DNA from: Patescibacteria group bacterium | Lineage (GTDB): Bacteria > Patescibacteriota > Minisyncoccia > Phycocordibacterales > DATDWN01 | Length of the DNA stretch: 64,000 nucleotides | Reading direction: 5' to 3' | NCBI GenBank assembly: GCA_040384485.1 | Contig: JAZKJH010000002.1 | Location: 231,951 to 295,950 of the forward strand | In this document: positions 1 to 7,750 of the stretch, in pieces | Layout: each line of letters starts with the position of its first letter | Numbering within the stretch: position 1 is the first letter of the stretch | Program-made: the position numbers and the translations under genes | Notes under the pieces: model-generated | Told to the model about the DNA's origin: nothing | The model's input: the letters and a program-made list of their open reading frames with translations, nothing else | The model's database searches: none

Positions 1-1
1 T

Positions 2-223
2 ATGATCTACGGGTCATTCATCGTCTGGATCACCTGGGAGATCGAAGGCCCCACTGCCGGCGTCATCACATTCGCGGGAGCAATCATCTTCGTCTCATCA
101 TTCAAGATGTACGACGAGTATGGGTTGCTCACGTCGCTCCTGGTCTGGGTACTCGGCACTGTCATGTTCCTGGGACCGCTGGTCCACATGATGACAGGGC
201 TTCCAGAAAAGAGACTCACCTAG
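2..223 (+). CDS. C-terminal fragment of a hydrophobic membrane protein; the gene starts before the window
   Basis: The ORF is open from the window edge and its peptide is hydrophobic. This stretch is G+C-rich compared with the rest of the window. A hairpin follows the stop codon. Confidence 0.4.
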   Translation: MIYGSFIVWITWEIEGPTAGVITFAGAIIFVSSFKMYDEYGLLTSLLVWVLGTVMFLGPLVHMMTGLPEKRLT

Positions 224-345
224 AGCCGAGCCGACTTGGCTCTCCATCCCCGCCCGTCATGTTTTCCTCACGGAAAACCTCTGACGGGCATTTTTTATAT
301 TTGATTTTTGAACAGAAAAAAGTAATATGTTGGGTAGAGAGGTTC

Positions 346-747
346 ATGGTGACTGACAACAAGAAAAGTATTTATGAAGTGCTGATGGGTTTTAATCGCG
401 GAGAATACCCATCACCAAATGAGATCAAGTTAATGGGAGTTGCTTCCGACCCTTTGGCTGGACGTTTCGGAAAATGTGAAGTGGAAATGGCTGCTGGAAA
501 ACTTTTGTCTTTCTTGCAACACAGAAACAAAGGTTGGGAAGAATTCACCATCTCGGATTTGTTTGCCTACTACAAATCCAAGGGATGGAATCCGGACATG
601 ATGTTCTTTGGACTTTTAGGTCCATGGTTTGACGATGGAATGTCGACCATGGATTTCCGAGACACTGCGAATGTTTATCTCGTCGTTGGTGACAACGGGA
701 AATACTACTTCACTGACAAGTTTGTTACCAACAGCATGAGAAAGTAG
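346..747 (+). CDS. hypothetical protein
   Basis: The ORF track gives 259..747. An internal ATG at 346 is preceded by AGAGAGG at the right spacing for a ribosome-binding site. A terminator follows at 754..785. I recognise no domain. Confidence 0.5.
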   Translation: MVTDNKKSIYEVLMGFNRGEYPSPNEIKLMGVASDPLAGRFGKCEVEMAAGKLLSFLQHRNKGWEEFTISDLFAYYKSKGWNPDMMFFGLLGPWFDDGMSTMDFRDTANVYLVVGDNGKYYFTDKFVTNSMRK

Positions 748-753
748 GAAGCC

Positions 754-785
754 AGCTACCAAGACACCACTTGGTAGCTTTTTTA
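754..785 (+). terminator. rho-independent terminator
   Basis: AGCTACCAAG-ACACCA-CTTGGTAGCT followed by TTTTTT. Confidence 0.6.
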
Positions 786-1802
786 TATTTGTACTTCAAG
801 CTTACAGTTCGAAACACCAACGAATTTACAAACTTTTTCTTTATTTTCGTTATAAATAAATTCTGGAGCAAATTTGTTCAGTTTGTACGGCAGGATTTCA
901 AAAATCATTTTATCGGAATACAGTTCCATACCTACTCCGTAGCCATCAGTAGTGTTGAGAGCAAACTGATCGAACACAAAGTTACCAAGGGAAAAGAATA
1001 CTGGTTTGTTTTTATACATTCGCATTGGTTGCATCACATGCGGGTGATGCCCTACCACCACATCTGCGCCACTGTCGACGAGAGCATGTGCAATAGCTGT
1101 CTGCGTCTCGTTCTCTACAAGCTCGTACTCGTCGCCCCAGTGGATATTTACAACTAAATAATCGTTTCTAGTATCTAGTTCCTGTACTAACTTATAAAAC
1201 TCAGCTGTTATTGGTTGCATGGTCACGTCCACTCCTACAAAAGCCACCTTTTTGGCGTTTATTGTTTTCTCTATAAAACTTTTTTCAAAAGGTTTGTCCC
1301 CTATGTATTCTATCCCCGCTTTTTCCAAGAAATTTTTTGTACTGTCGACGCCTGCCTGATAACAATCATAAGCATGGTTGTTCCCTATAGTTACCATGTT
1401 CACCCCAATGCTTTTAAGCAGGGTTGGGGTCGTGTCATCGAACTGAAAGTTGTAAGATTTTTGCTGGCAATTCTCTCTCGGCATCTCAACTATCGGACCT
1501 TCTAGGTTCAGGAGGACAATATCAAAGCCTGACACAACTCCAATATCTCTCTTTATGTATTCAAAAGGATCTCGTCCCCGGTCTTCCATAATATCCCGCA
1601 CCCCCCGGTCGAACATCGCATCCCCAAAATTCAGAATCCTCGCTGGTTTTTCCGGTTCAACAAAAATATCTTTCACTGTTTCTACAACTGGGTTGTTAGC
1701 AATAACATCCGAAACGGTAGGAGCGATACTGGTGTCGCGACTTAGAAAAATTATGACTCCGAAAGCCACTAAACCCAGAACAATCCCCGCGATTTTTTTC
1801 AT
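783..1802 (-). CDS. CapA-like (poly-gamma-glutamate synthesis) metallophosphatase-family protein, secreted
   Basis: N-terminal signal or TM segment. GNNHAYD and GHHPHV motifs are typical of CapA/calcineurin-like metallophosphoesterases. Confidence 0.75.
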   Translation of the reverse strand: MKKIAGIVLGLVAFGVIIFLSRDTSIAPTVSDVIANNPVVETVKDIFVEPEKPARILNFGDAMFDRGVRDIMEDRGRDPFEYIKRDIGVVSGFDIVLLNLEGPIVEMPRENCQQKSYNFQFDDTTPTLLKSIGVNMVTIGNNHAYDCYQAGVDSTKNFLEKAGIEYIGDKPFEKSFIEKTINAKKVAFVGVDVTMQPITAEFYKLVQELDTRNDYLVVNIHWGDEYELVENETQTAIAHALVDSGADVVVGHHPHVMQPMRMYKNKPVFFSLGNFVFDQFALNTTDGYGVGMELYSDKMIFEILPYKLNKFAPEFIYNENKEKVCKFVGVSNCKLEVQI

Positions 1803-1822
1803 TTGTTTAATTCTATCAAAAT

Positions 1823-1853
1823 AAAACTTCCAAGGGCATCCCTTGGAAGTTTT
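1823..1853. terminator. bidirectional hairpin with core CCAAGGG-CAT-CCCTTGG; likely terminator of 1858..3261
   Basis: 14-bp arms (AAAACTTCCAAGGG / CCCTTGGAAGTTTT) flanked by an A-run and a T-run. The same 17-bp core recurs at 10560..10588. Confidence 0.6.
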
Positions 1854-1857
1854 ATTT

Positions 1858-3261
1858 TTACAAGCTTTTTATTAAATCCTGGATTTCACAACTTTTTTTG
1901 ATATAAGCCTCGTAAGTGAGGTGGCCCATTTCATACATAAACTCTCCCACATTTACCTGACTCGCGTCGTTATCAAAGTCGAACTCCTCCATATTTATGG
2001 AAATTTCCTTATGACTATTTTTGTATGGAGTGCCACACGGCATATCAATGTTTTCTAAATCTATCAGAAGTGAATCGTAGAAAAGCTTTTTTGTAGCGAA
2101 AGAATCCCACAACAAACTGTCTTTGACTGCAGTTCTGAATATATTAATTTCTTCTTCAGACTGGAAATACATTGACTGACTAGTCGGCTTGTTCAGATCG
2201 TCTACATACTCAATAAACTCGATTGCCCGAGAGTATTCCTTTTTCATCCCATCCCTATGGAATTCTCTTATCTTAGAAATGTGACTTTCCTTTTCTGCTT
2301 CATCCATAACAGAGTCTCCCTCTACCAAATTCAGTACTTTGTATCCCGTATTGTGAACGGCCAAGCCAACAAGAGTAGTAATAAGATCACTACCCGATGC
2401 CGATGTCATATCCCCGAGTTTAATTATTTTATTGGCATAAGCTTTGGCCTCCTCAGCTTTGCCAGTGTTATACAAATACAATGCTTTTAGCCCAACAACC
2501 TGAGACAAATTCCTGACCACACTTAGTTTACAATCTAGACCATCGACACCACTTTGACATTGAAAGTATTCCTTGCCAGTAACCCCATCAAAAACATCTA
2601 TATAACTATCGTACTTTGACAATATTCTTTCTGCTTCCTTGAGGTTGAGCTTTTCAATGTTTGGATAATTGTTCAAGTATTGAGTCAAAAAATCTCTGTC
2701 TACTTCATCCGATATAATATTAGTGGACGAAAGGTCCACCATCGCAAAATATCCGTTTTGTTCTTCAGGAACTTTCACATATGGCACCACATGTTCATAA
2801 AAAGCAATGTTTTCAGTAAGACTTTGTCCCAACATACTGACAGTACTAACGGTTTTTTTGTAGCCTAAATAAACCACTACGCCAATGATAATAATCGGAA
2901 CTAAAACAAACCCGATTATGTACGGCCACGTCTTACTTTTTTTATTTTGAGACGTAAGGACAGGTTGGTTTTGTATAGGAGGAATAAAAGTGTTTATTGT
3001 TGGCTGTACAGTTGTGACTGGAGTTGAAACTGAGTTTGCAACCGGTTGAGTTACAGCTGTCGGTGTGAAAACTGGAGGTGGAGTAGGTGCTGGTGGCGGA
3101 GGTGTTGGGTTTAGTGCATTGAATGCTTGAGTAATATCCTCGTCGGTCCAGCCATTGCTCTTCAATCCAAGAGAGATTTGCTCTCTAGTTGTGCCTGCAT
3201 TCAACTGCTGCCGAACATAGGCCAATATTTCGCCATTTATCATATAGTTTAATAATAGCAC
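1858..3261 (-). CDS. hypothetical membrane-anchored protein: small N-terminal cytoplasmic domain, Pro/Thr-rich linker, one TM segment, then a ~330-aa extracytoplasmic domain
   Basis: Long ORF. The track start at 3261 is a GTG; an alternative ATG lies at 3243. Hydrophobic segment WPYIIGFVLVPIIIIGVVVYLGY. Palindrome P1 and a promoter lie upstream. Confidence 0.6.
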   Translation of the reverse strand: MLLLNYMINGEILAYVRQQLNAGTTREQISLGLKSNGWTDEDITQAFNALNPTPPPPAPTPPPVFTPTAVTQPVANSVSTPVTTVQPTINTFIPPIQNQPVLTSQNKKSKTWPYIIGFVLVPIIIIGVVVYLGYKKTVSTVSMLGQSLTENIAFYEHVVPYVKVPEEQNGYFAMVDLSSTNIISDEVDRDFLTQYLNNYPNIEKLNLKEAERILSKYDSYIDVFDGVTGKEYFQCQSGVDGLDCKLSVVRNLSQVVGLKALYLYNTGKAEEAKAYANKIIKLGDMTSASGSDLITTLVGLAVHNTGYKVLNLVEGDSVMDEAEKESHISKIREFHRDGMKKEYSRAIEFIEYVDDLNKPTSQSMYFQSEEEINIFRTAVKDSLLWDSFATKKLFYDSLLIDLENIDMPCGTPYKNSHKEISINMEEFDFDNDASQVNVGEFMYEMGHLTYEAYIKKSCEIQDLIKSL

Positions 3262-3297
3262 TCTAATATCTAGACCATAAGTAGCCTATCCCCAAAA

Positions 3298-3320
3298 TTA
3301 CATAGGTTTAACCTATGTAA
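3298..3320. promoter_or_regulatory. palindrome P1: TTACATAGG-TTTAA-CCTATGTAA, a candidate operator
   Basis: Perfect 9-bp inverted arms with a 5-bp spacer, about 40 bp upstream of the 1858..3261 start. Related copies lie at 4211..4233 and 6373..6397, with a half-site at 4997..5004. Confidence 0.55.
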
Positions 3321-3343
3321 AAAAGCCACCTTGGGAGGTGGCT
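3319..3343 (-). terminator. rho-independent terminator of 3356..4129
   Basis: AGCCACC-TTGGGA-GGTGGCT, followed on the minus strand by a T-run. Confidence 0.6.
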
Positions 3344-3355
3344 GGTAGTCATGAA

Positions 3356-4129
3356 CTAAATTATCTTGAATGACAGATTGGAAAAATCTGGACGCCAGAT
3401 GAAATCGCCATTTGGATTATAAAGAAGTCCATATGGGTTTTCTTGTCGACGAACTAGAGTCAAAAGAAGCCTCTCTGTTCGTTCAGCGTCTTTGCTCTCT
3501 TCAATTCTGCGCAAGATTTTTCTTTCTTGTTCGATTGAAACTGGTGCTTTGAAAAGTAGGACCTTATGTAGACCCTGACTTCCCTCAACACTCAAGCTGT
3601 ACTCAAAGAGCTGTTGCGTTGCTATCGCTCCACAGGCGCCGATATACCACTGTTCGTACTTGGATGACCGAGTCAGAAGAGCGTTTTGAGAAAAGTGATC
3701 ATGTTCCCCAGCAAAGATTTTGTCAGGAAACAAAACTGTTTTGTACTCGTTCCCACCCGCAGAATGAAGCGGACGCATGGCAGGTAACTCTCCAGCGTAC
3801 CTGTACCAACTCAGCATCTGTACTGCGTAAAAATCCACCCTATGTTCGTAGTGGTCCCTCAGCCGGCCCACAATGTGACCGATATCGGGATATTCTGGAT
3901 CATCATCATCCCCATCGAAAATAATGGAGACCGGACCATCTAGTGTATACATGTCGATTCGAGGAATCAGCTCTTGCTCGACAATTCGTTTTGCATCAGC
4001 AATCGAAATGCCGTTATATGAACCCGCTCCGCGAAAAGCAATGATGTGGGCAGACTTCGCAAGCATTTCGCTCATGATCTCTTGCCATGCACTGCCAGTT
4101 TTATCCAAAACAACCAAAGGCTCTTTCAT
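3356..4129 (-). CDS. hypothetical protein, possibly a Rossmann-like (SLOG/LOG/DprA-like) nucleotide-binding fold
   Basis: 257-aa ORF. IAFRGAGSYNGI and IIFDGDDDDPE segments suggest a Rossmann-like fold, but this is a weak assignment. G+C-richer than the surrounding window. GGAGAGG lies upstream of the ATG. Confidence 0.55.
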   Translation of the reverse strand: MKEPLVVLDKTGSAWQEIMSEMLAKSAHIIAFRGAGSYNGISIADAKRIVEQELIPRIDMYTLDGPVSIIFDGDDDDPEYPDIGHIVGRLRDHYEHRVDFYAVQMLSWYRYAGELPAMRPLHSAGGNEYKTVLFPDKIFAGEHDHFSQNALLTRSSKYEQWYIGACGAIATQQLFEYSLSVEGSQGLHKVLLFKAPVSIEQERKILRRIEESKDAERTERLLLTLVRRQENPYGLLYNPNGDFIWRPDFSNLSFKII

Positions 4130-4210
4130 TTCAACGTCTTCCTCTCCTGTGAACCCGAAAACTTCTAAAATTAGAGTAGTACAAACTAGTAATTTGTCAA
4201 TACTCCCAAA

Positions 4211-4233
4211 TTACATAGGTCTCACCTATGTAG
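4211..4233. promoter_or_regulatory. palindrome P2: TTACATAGG-TCTCA-CCTATGTAG
   Basis: Same arms and CCCAAA flank as P1. On the minus strand a TTGACAAATTAC (-35-like) element follows, upstream of 3356..4129. Confidence 0.55.
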
Positions 4234-4267
4234 AGTTATCTACAGGAGAATCACGGAATGAGAGTAA

Positions 4268-4295
4268 TAAAAAAAACCGGCCTGTTACGGCCGGT
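4268..4295 (-). terminator. rho-independent terminator of 4305..4580
   Basis: CCGGCC-TGTTAC-GGCCGG preceded by a 9-nt A-run, which is a T-run on the minus strand. Confidence 0.6.
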
Positions 4296-4304
4296 CAAAA
4301 TGAA

Positions 4305-4580
4305 CTAAGAGTCGAAAGAAATTACTTGCTGGATAGGCATGGGAGGCCTGCCAGACACATCGTAGGGTTGGAAGAATTCATTGAACTCCTCCACTCTTTC
4401 TGGTGGGACTCTGAGTTTGAGTAAACGCGGGTCGTCCTTTGTAGAGTCGGCGACCGCGATCTCATCTGGCTCGGCACCAAAACGACTTAGTACTACACTG
4501 CGAAACGAGGGGTAGTCCATCATCCGGTCCAGCCAAAAAATCTGCAATCCTTCCAAACTCTCCAAAGGAACAACGAGCAT
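4305..4580 (-). CDS. hypothetical protein (91 aa)
   Basis: ORF with its own terminator. G+C-richer than the surrounding window. No recognisable domain. Confidence 0.45.
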   Translation of the reverse strand: MLVVPLESLEGLQIFWLDRMMDYPSFRSVVLSRFGAEPDEIAVADSTKDDPRLLKLRVPPERVEEFNEFFQPYDVSGRPPMPIQQVISFDS

Positions 4581-4639
4581 TTTCCTACCTCCTCCAACAT
4601 ATTATCATTTGTATTTTTTCTAGGCAAAAATTCTGTTGA

Positions 4640-4981
4640 TTACTCAAATTCCCAGAGTATGGAGTGGAAATTTTTTATCTTACCTTTTTCGTCGATCTCA
4701 ATTTTCTCCTTTTTATACAGTTCCATTCTCTCCTTTTTGTATTGCCCGTTTACCCAAACTTTTCCGTCTGCATATACTATCCGGTGAAAAGGAATATTTT
4801 TACTTCCCTCATCCCAAGCTTTACCAAGGATACCGGTAATACTTTGCGAAGCCATCCCGCCACTTCCTGCTGCTCGAGCTATTCTTCCATACGTAGTTAC
4901 TCTGCCTTTTGGTATAGACAGAGCAAGTTTCAGAACCCGCTCGGAAAAAGTAGGACCTACGGTTTTTTCATTCAGGTTCAT
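4640..4981 (-). CDS. alkyltransferase-like (ATL) protein: MGMT/Ogt DNA-binding domain without the catalytic cysteine
   Basis: VTTYGRIA...IPFHRIV matches the Ogt helix-turn-helix and PCHRV active-site region, but Phe replaces the catalytic Cys (PFHRIV). Confidence 0.7.
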   Translation of the reverse strand: MNLNEKTVGPTFSERVLKLALSIPKGRVTTYGRIARAAGSGGMASQSITGILGKAWDEGSKNIPFHRIVYADGKVWVNGQYKKERMELYKKEKIEIDEKGKIKNFHSILWEFE

Positions 4982-4996
4982 ATTTTGACATTAAAC

Positions 4997-5004
4997 CACA
5001 TAGG
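4997..5004. promoter_or_regulatory. CACATAGG half-site of the P-palindrome family
   Basis: Lies in the divergent promoter region between 4640..4981(-) and 5034..5225(+). No partner arm is present. Confidence 0.3.
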
Positions 5005-5033
5005 TGTTAATTTTTACAACTAGAGAGGTGTGG

Positions 5034-5225
5034 ATGAGACGACAGCTTGGTTTTTTTGATTTCTTGATTATCCTTGTGGTATGGTCCGGTGCTGTGGCCG
5101 CCATATACATTAGCAAGGACGAATTTCTTTCACTGGTATGCGTGTTCCTCGCCTACTTCTCGACAAAGTGGGTGGTCCTGCGTGAAGAAGTTGTGCGTGA
5201 CAGGAGAGAAAGTTCTGAGAGTTAA
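5034..5225 (+). CDS. small membrane protein (63 aa)
   Basis: GAGAGG ribosome-binding site 5 nt before the ATG. One TM segment (FLIILVVWSGAVAAIYI). The terminator at 5232..5262 follows. Confidence 0.45.
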   Translation: MRRQLGFFDFLIILVVWSGAVAAIYISKDEFLSLVCVFLAYFSTKWVVLREEVVRDRRESSES

Positions 5226-5231
5226 ACAGCA

Positions 5232-5262
5232 ATGGACAAGTTTTCACTTGTCCATTTTTTTA
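5232..5262 (+). terminator. rho-independent terminator
   Basis: ATGGACAAGT-TTTC-ACTTGTCCAT followed by TTTTTTT. Confidence 0.65.
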
Positions 5263-5265
5263 TTT

Positions 5266-5715
5266 CTATTTTTCATTTACCTTAACACTGTCCGTTACAG
5301 AAAATATTCCTTTAATAGGATACTTCCTCCAGTGATCCGTACTCAAGTTTTCTATTGGAACCAAAACCCCGTTGGCCGTTATGTAATCCCCTGTCTTAAG
5401 GTTCTGTCCCATTTGAGACATAGTTGCAAAATCGATCCCGTAATACGAACCGTCATCTGTTTGTATACCAAAAGCACACTCCATAGTCTGAGGTCCCTCT
5501 GTGTTTGTATGTGGTAAGCAAATATACTTTCCTCCCATGCTAACTCTTTGTGGTATTGAGTTTGTGGACTGGTCAGCAGGCTCTTTTCTAAGCTCATTAT
5601 CTTTTTGCGTAAAGCTCAAAGCTAGAACTCCTAGTCCCGCTAAAATTAGAACAAAAATCAAAAATCTTTTGTAATTAGTACTTTTTGTATTTTCCATAAA
5701 ATTTTTTATAACCAA
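5266..5715 (-). CDS. hypothetical secreted or membrane-anchored protein
   Basis: N-terminal hydrophobic segment (FLIFVLILAGLGVLALSF). ORF of 149 aa. Confidence 0.55.
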   Translation of the reverse strand: MVIKNFMENTKSTNYKRFLIFVLILAGLGVLALSFTQKDNELRKEPADQSTNSIPQRVSMGGKYICLPHTNTEGPQTMECAFGIQTDDGSYYGIDFATMSQMGQNLKTGDYITANGVLVPIENLSTDHWRKYPIKGIFSVTDSVKVNEK

Positions 5716-5769
5716 AATCCACGTTACTCATAATAATATATTGTGACGGTCAAACCTACAAAAAGTTAC

Positions 5770-5805
5770 AAAAAAAAGCACCACTACCCTTACGAGTAAT
5801 GGTGC
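5770..5805 (-). terminator. rho-independent terminator of 5811..6314
   Basis: GCACCACTAC...GTAATGGTGC with a T-run on the minus strand. Confidence 0.55.
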
Positions 5806-5810
5806 ACGGT

Positions 5811-6314
5811 TTAGGACTTCTGCAATTTCCTGAGAACTTTTGTACGTAGGTCCAGGACCACTTCAGTTTTTGCTACGAGGTATCCAAGGAGGGCTCCGTA
5901 GCACATCTGAGCAAGAACAGTCTCCTCGGCAAACGAGAATCCGAAGACAGAAATAACAGCAAACACTGTCACGATGCCTAGCCGGCGGAGTGCGCTAGCA
6001 AATGACAGAAAGTCTTTGTCTGTCACAACATACAACGGAGCATCTTTGAGTTTGGATCTCAGCAGAACTGCACAAACTCCGATGGTTACTGTTATTGCTC
6101 CAGGATATGGACTCATCTTGAAACCAGCTACAGATGATGCGACTACCCATGAGGAGATGAACAAACACCCCATCATGAATAGTAAATTCAACACGGCACC
6201 AAAATATCGTCTGACTTCCTTTATGTCAGTTTCTTTCCTGAAATTTTCTCTCGCAGTGTTCACTGTATCAACGAAATCGTCGACTACCTGACTTGCCATT
6301 GCAGCTCTGTCCAT
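5811..6314 (-). CDS. hypothetical multi-pass membrane protein
   Basis: Several hydrophobic helices. GGAGG ribosome-binding site 8 nt upstream. P4 and a TTGACAATTACAC promoter lie upstream. G+C-richer than the surrounding window. Confidence 0.6.
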   Translation of the reverse strand: MDRAAMASQVVDDFVDTVNTARENFRKETDIKEVRRYFGAVLNLLFMMGCLFISSWVVASSVAGFKMSPYPGAITVTIGVCAVLLRSKLKDAPLYVVTDKDFLSFASALRRLGIVTVFAVISVFGFSFAEETVLAQMCYGALLGYLVAKTEVVLDLRTKVLRKLQKS

Positions 6315-6372
6315 TTCTGAACCTCCGTCATAAGATTACAATTCCTAGTGTAATTGTCAAACTTCTAAAAAA

Positions 6373-6397
6373 CTCACATAGGACTGCCCTATGTGAG
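6373..6397. promoter_or_regulatory. palindrome P4: CTCACATAGG-ACTGC-CCTATGTGAG
   Basis: Perfect 10-bp arms. On the minus strand it is followed by TTTTTT and then TTGACAATTAC. It could double as the terminator of 6418..6969. Confidence 0.55.
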
Positions 6398-6417
6398 TTT
6401 TGTTTTTAAAAACCTAA

Positions 6418-6969
6418 CTAGTTGAGTTGAACTGAAGAAAAGTTTTCAGTAGACATCATCTGCAAAAGATCGTTCCCTTGCAAATAGCTGAGATACCTCA
6501 ACCAGTCGGTTGTGTTGCGTCCCATACGAAGGAGAACTCTCTTCTCGTCCTTGGTACGAAACGATCCAAGAGAAGACCGGTCAAAGAAAGCCATGCAAAT
6601 CTCTACTTTCTTTCGAACGATCTCCGCTTGTCTTTTGTTAAAGTCGAAAGTTGCACCGGAACGGCGCAAAATCCCCTCATACACCAGCAAGTTGTTGGCG
6701 ACAAGCTCACACTGCTGGATTTCGGATCGGTTCAGTTTGGTTTTCGGCTTTTTCAATAGCTCATTCGAGTTGTCCGCCATAACCCACGGCGAACCAAAAC
6801 GACCATCATAAGAAAACAAAGCTGTTTCGAGCAGCCGTTCGGTAAAGTACTCCACCTCTTCGTTCGAGATGTTGTGGGTTCGCCCTTGTCCCGGAGAAAC
6901 GAGCTCTCGCAAGTTCCTGCGCAGGCACACCCTGGCCAGTTCCCTGTCGTATCCAACAACAAGTCTCAT
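6418..6969 (-). CDS. hypothetical protein
   Basis: 183-aa ORF. G+C-richer than the surrounding window. No recognisable domain. Confidence 0.5.
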   Translation of the reverse strand: MRLVVGYDRELARVCLRRNLRELVSPGQGRTHNISNEEVEYFTERLLETALFSYDGRFGSPWVMADNSNELLKKPKTKLNRSEIQQCELVANNLLVYEGILRRSGATFDFNKRQAEIVRKKVEICMAFFDRSSLGSFRTKDEKRVLLRMGRNTTDWLRYLSYLQGNDLLQMMSTENFSSVQLN

Positions 6970-7024
6970 TTGACCTCCATGTTCTAGTATCTATTTTACA
7001 CAAACTAAAACAAAAAGCACCAAG

Positions 7025-7744
7025 CTATTTTCCTAGATAATAATTCAAAGTATAAATCCAATCTTCATCGTCGCCCTCACCACTGTCTCTCTGAGCCACT
7101 TTTTGATTTAGCAACCACTCTAAATACCCTCTGTCATTTTTTGCAACATCCTCTAGTTTTTTATCTTTATGTTTCCCAAAATTAAATTTTACATAAAGAG
7201 ACGGAGTGCTAGATATCTCTATCATTTTTTCCAATGCCTTTTCCTCACTGCCTTCTGTTTCAACTACTTTTGCTAGCAACCGTCCAAACACCGCTTCAAG
7301 CACAAGCACATCACCTTCAGCATCGTGGGCGTTTCCAGACACCTCTAGATCCAAGTAGTAACGCAAGAACTGCAAATTGTATTCTGGTATTACGGCTTCT
7401 TTGTCCAAAGCTCTCGCAACACGCAATGTACAAATGTATTTGGGTACCGACATTCCCTCAGATTTCAGCATAGTTATATCAAACAAAGCATTGTGAGCTA
7501 TCAGGACACCGATGTTCAACAACTCCTGCAAATCCTTTTTCATTTCACTTCCTTCGAAAGGCTTTTTGCCCTCCAACATTCTGTTGGTGATATGAGTAAT
7601 GCTCATAGACTTTACGGTCATAGGTACTGGTGGTTTGAAGTACTCTGTACGCACGACATCATCCACTTTGTAACAAATCTGGCACAGTCTATCCTTTTGC
7701 ATCTCGTTTCCTGTTGTCTCTGTATCTAGAAAAATTTTTTTCAT
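7025..7744 (-). CDS. DnaQ-like 3'-5' exonuclease (DEDDh) with a C-terminal DUF3820-like tail
   Basis: Exo I-III motifs: FLDTETTG, AHNALFDITML and HDAEGD. C-terminal FGKHKDKKLEDV...GYLEWL. Confidence 0.8.
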   Translation of the reverse strand: MKKIFLDTETTGNEMQKDRLCQICYKVDDVVRTEYFKPPVPMTVKSMSITHITNRMLEGKKPFEGSEMKKDLQELLNIGVLIAHNALFDITMLKSEGMSVPKYICTLRVARALDKEAVIPEYNLQFLRYYLDLEVSGNAHDAEGDVLVLEAVFGRLLAKVVETEGSEEKALEKMIEISSTPSLYVKFNFGKHKDKKLEDVAKNDRGYLEWLLNQKVAQRDSGEGDDEDWIYTLNYYLGK

Positions 7745-7750
7745 TTTTAT

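Noticed and set aside
3924-4424. 166-aa plus-strand ORF
   Set aside because: It lies antisense across 3356..4129 and 4305..4580 and spans their terminator and the P2 region. Its translation is low-complexity.
5074-5517. 147-aa plus-strand ORF
   Set aside because: It conflicts with the ribosome-binding-site-supported 5034..5225 gene and its terminator, and is antisense to 5266..5715. The peptide looks non-protein-like.
6373-6397. P4 palindrome as merely the terminator of 6418..6969
   Set aside because: It could serve as a terminator too, since a T-run follows on the minus strand. However, its arm sequence is shared with P1 and P2, which already have separate GC-rich terminators. It is therefore retained as a candidate operator, with the dual role noted.
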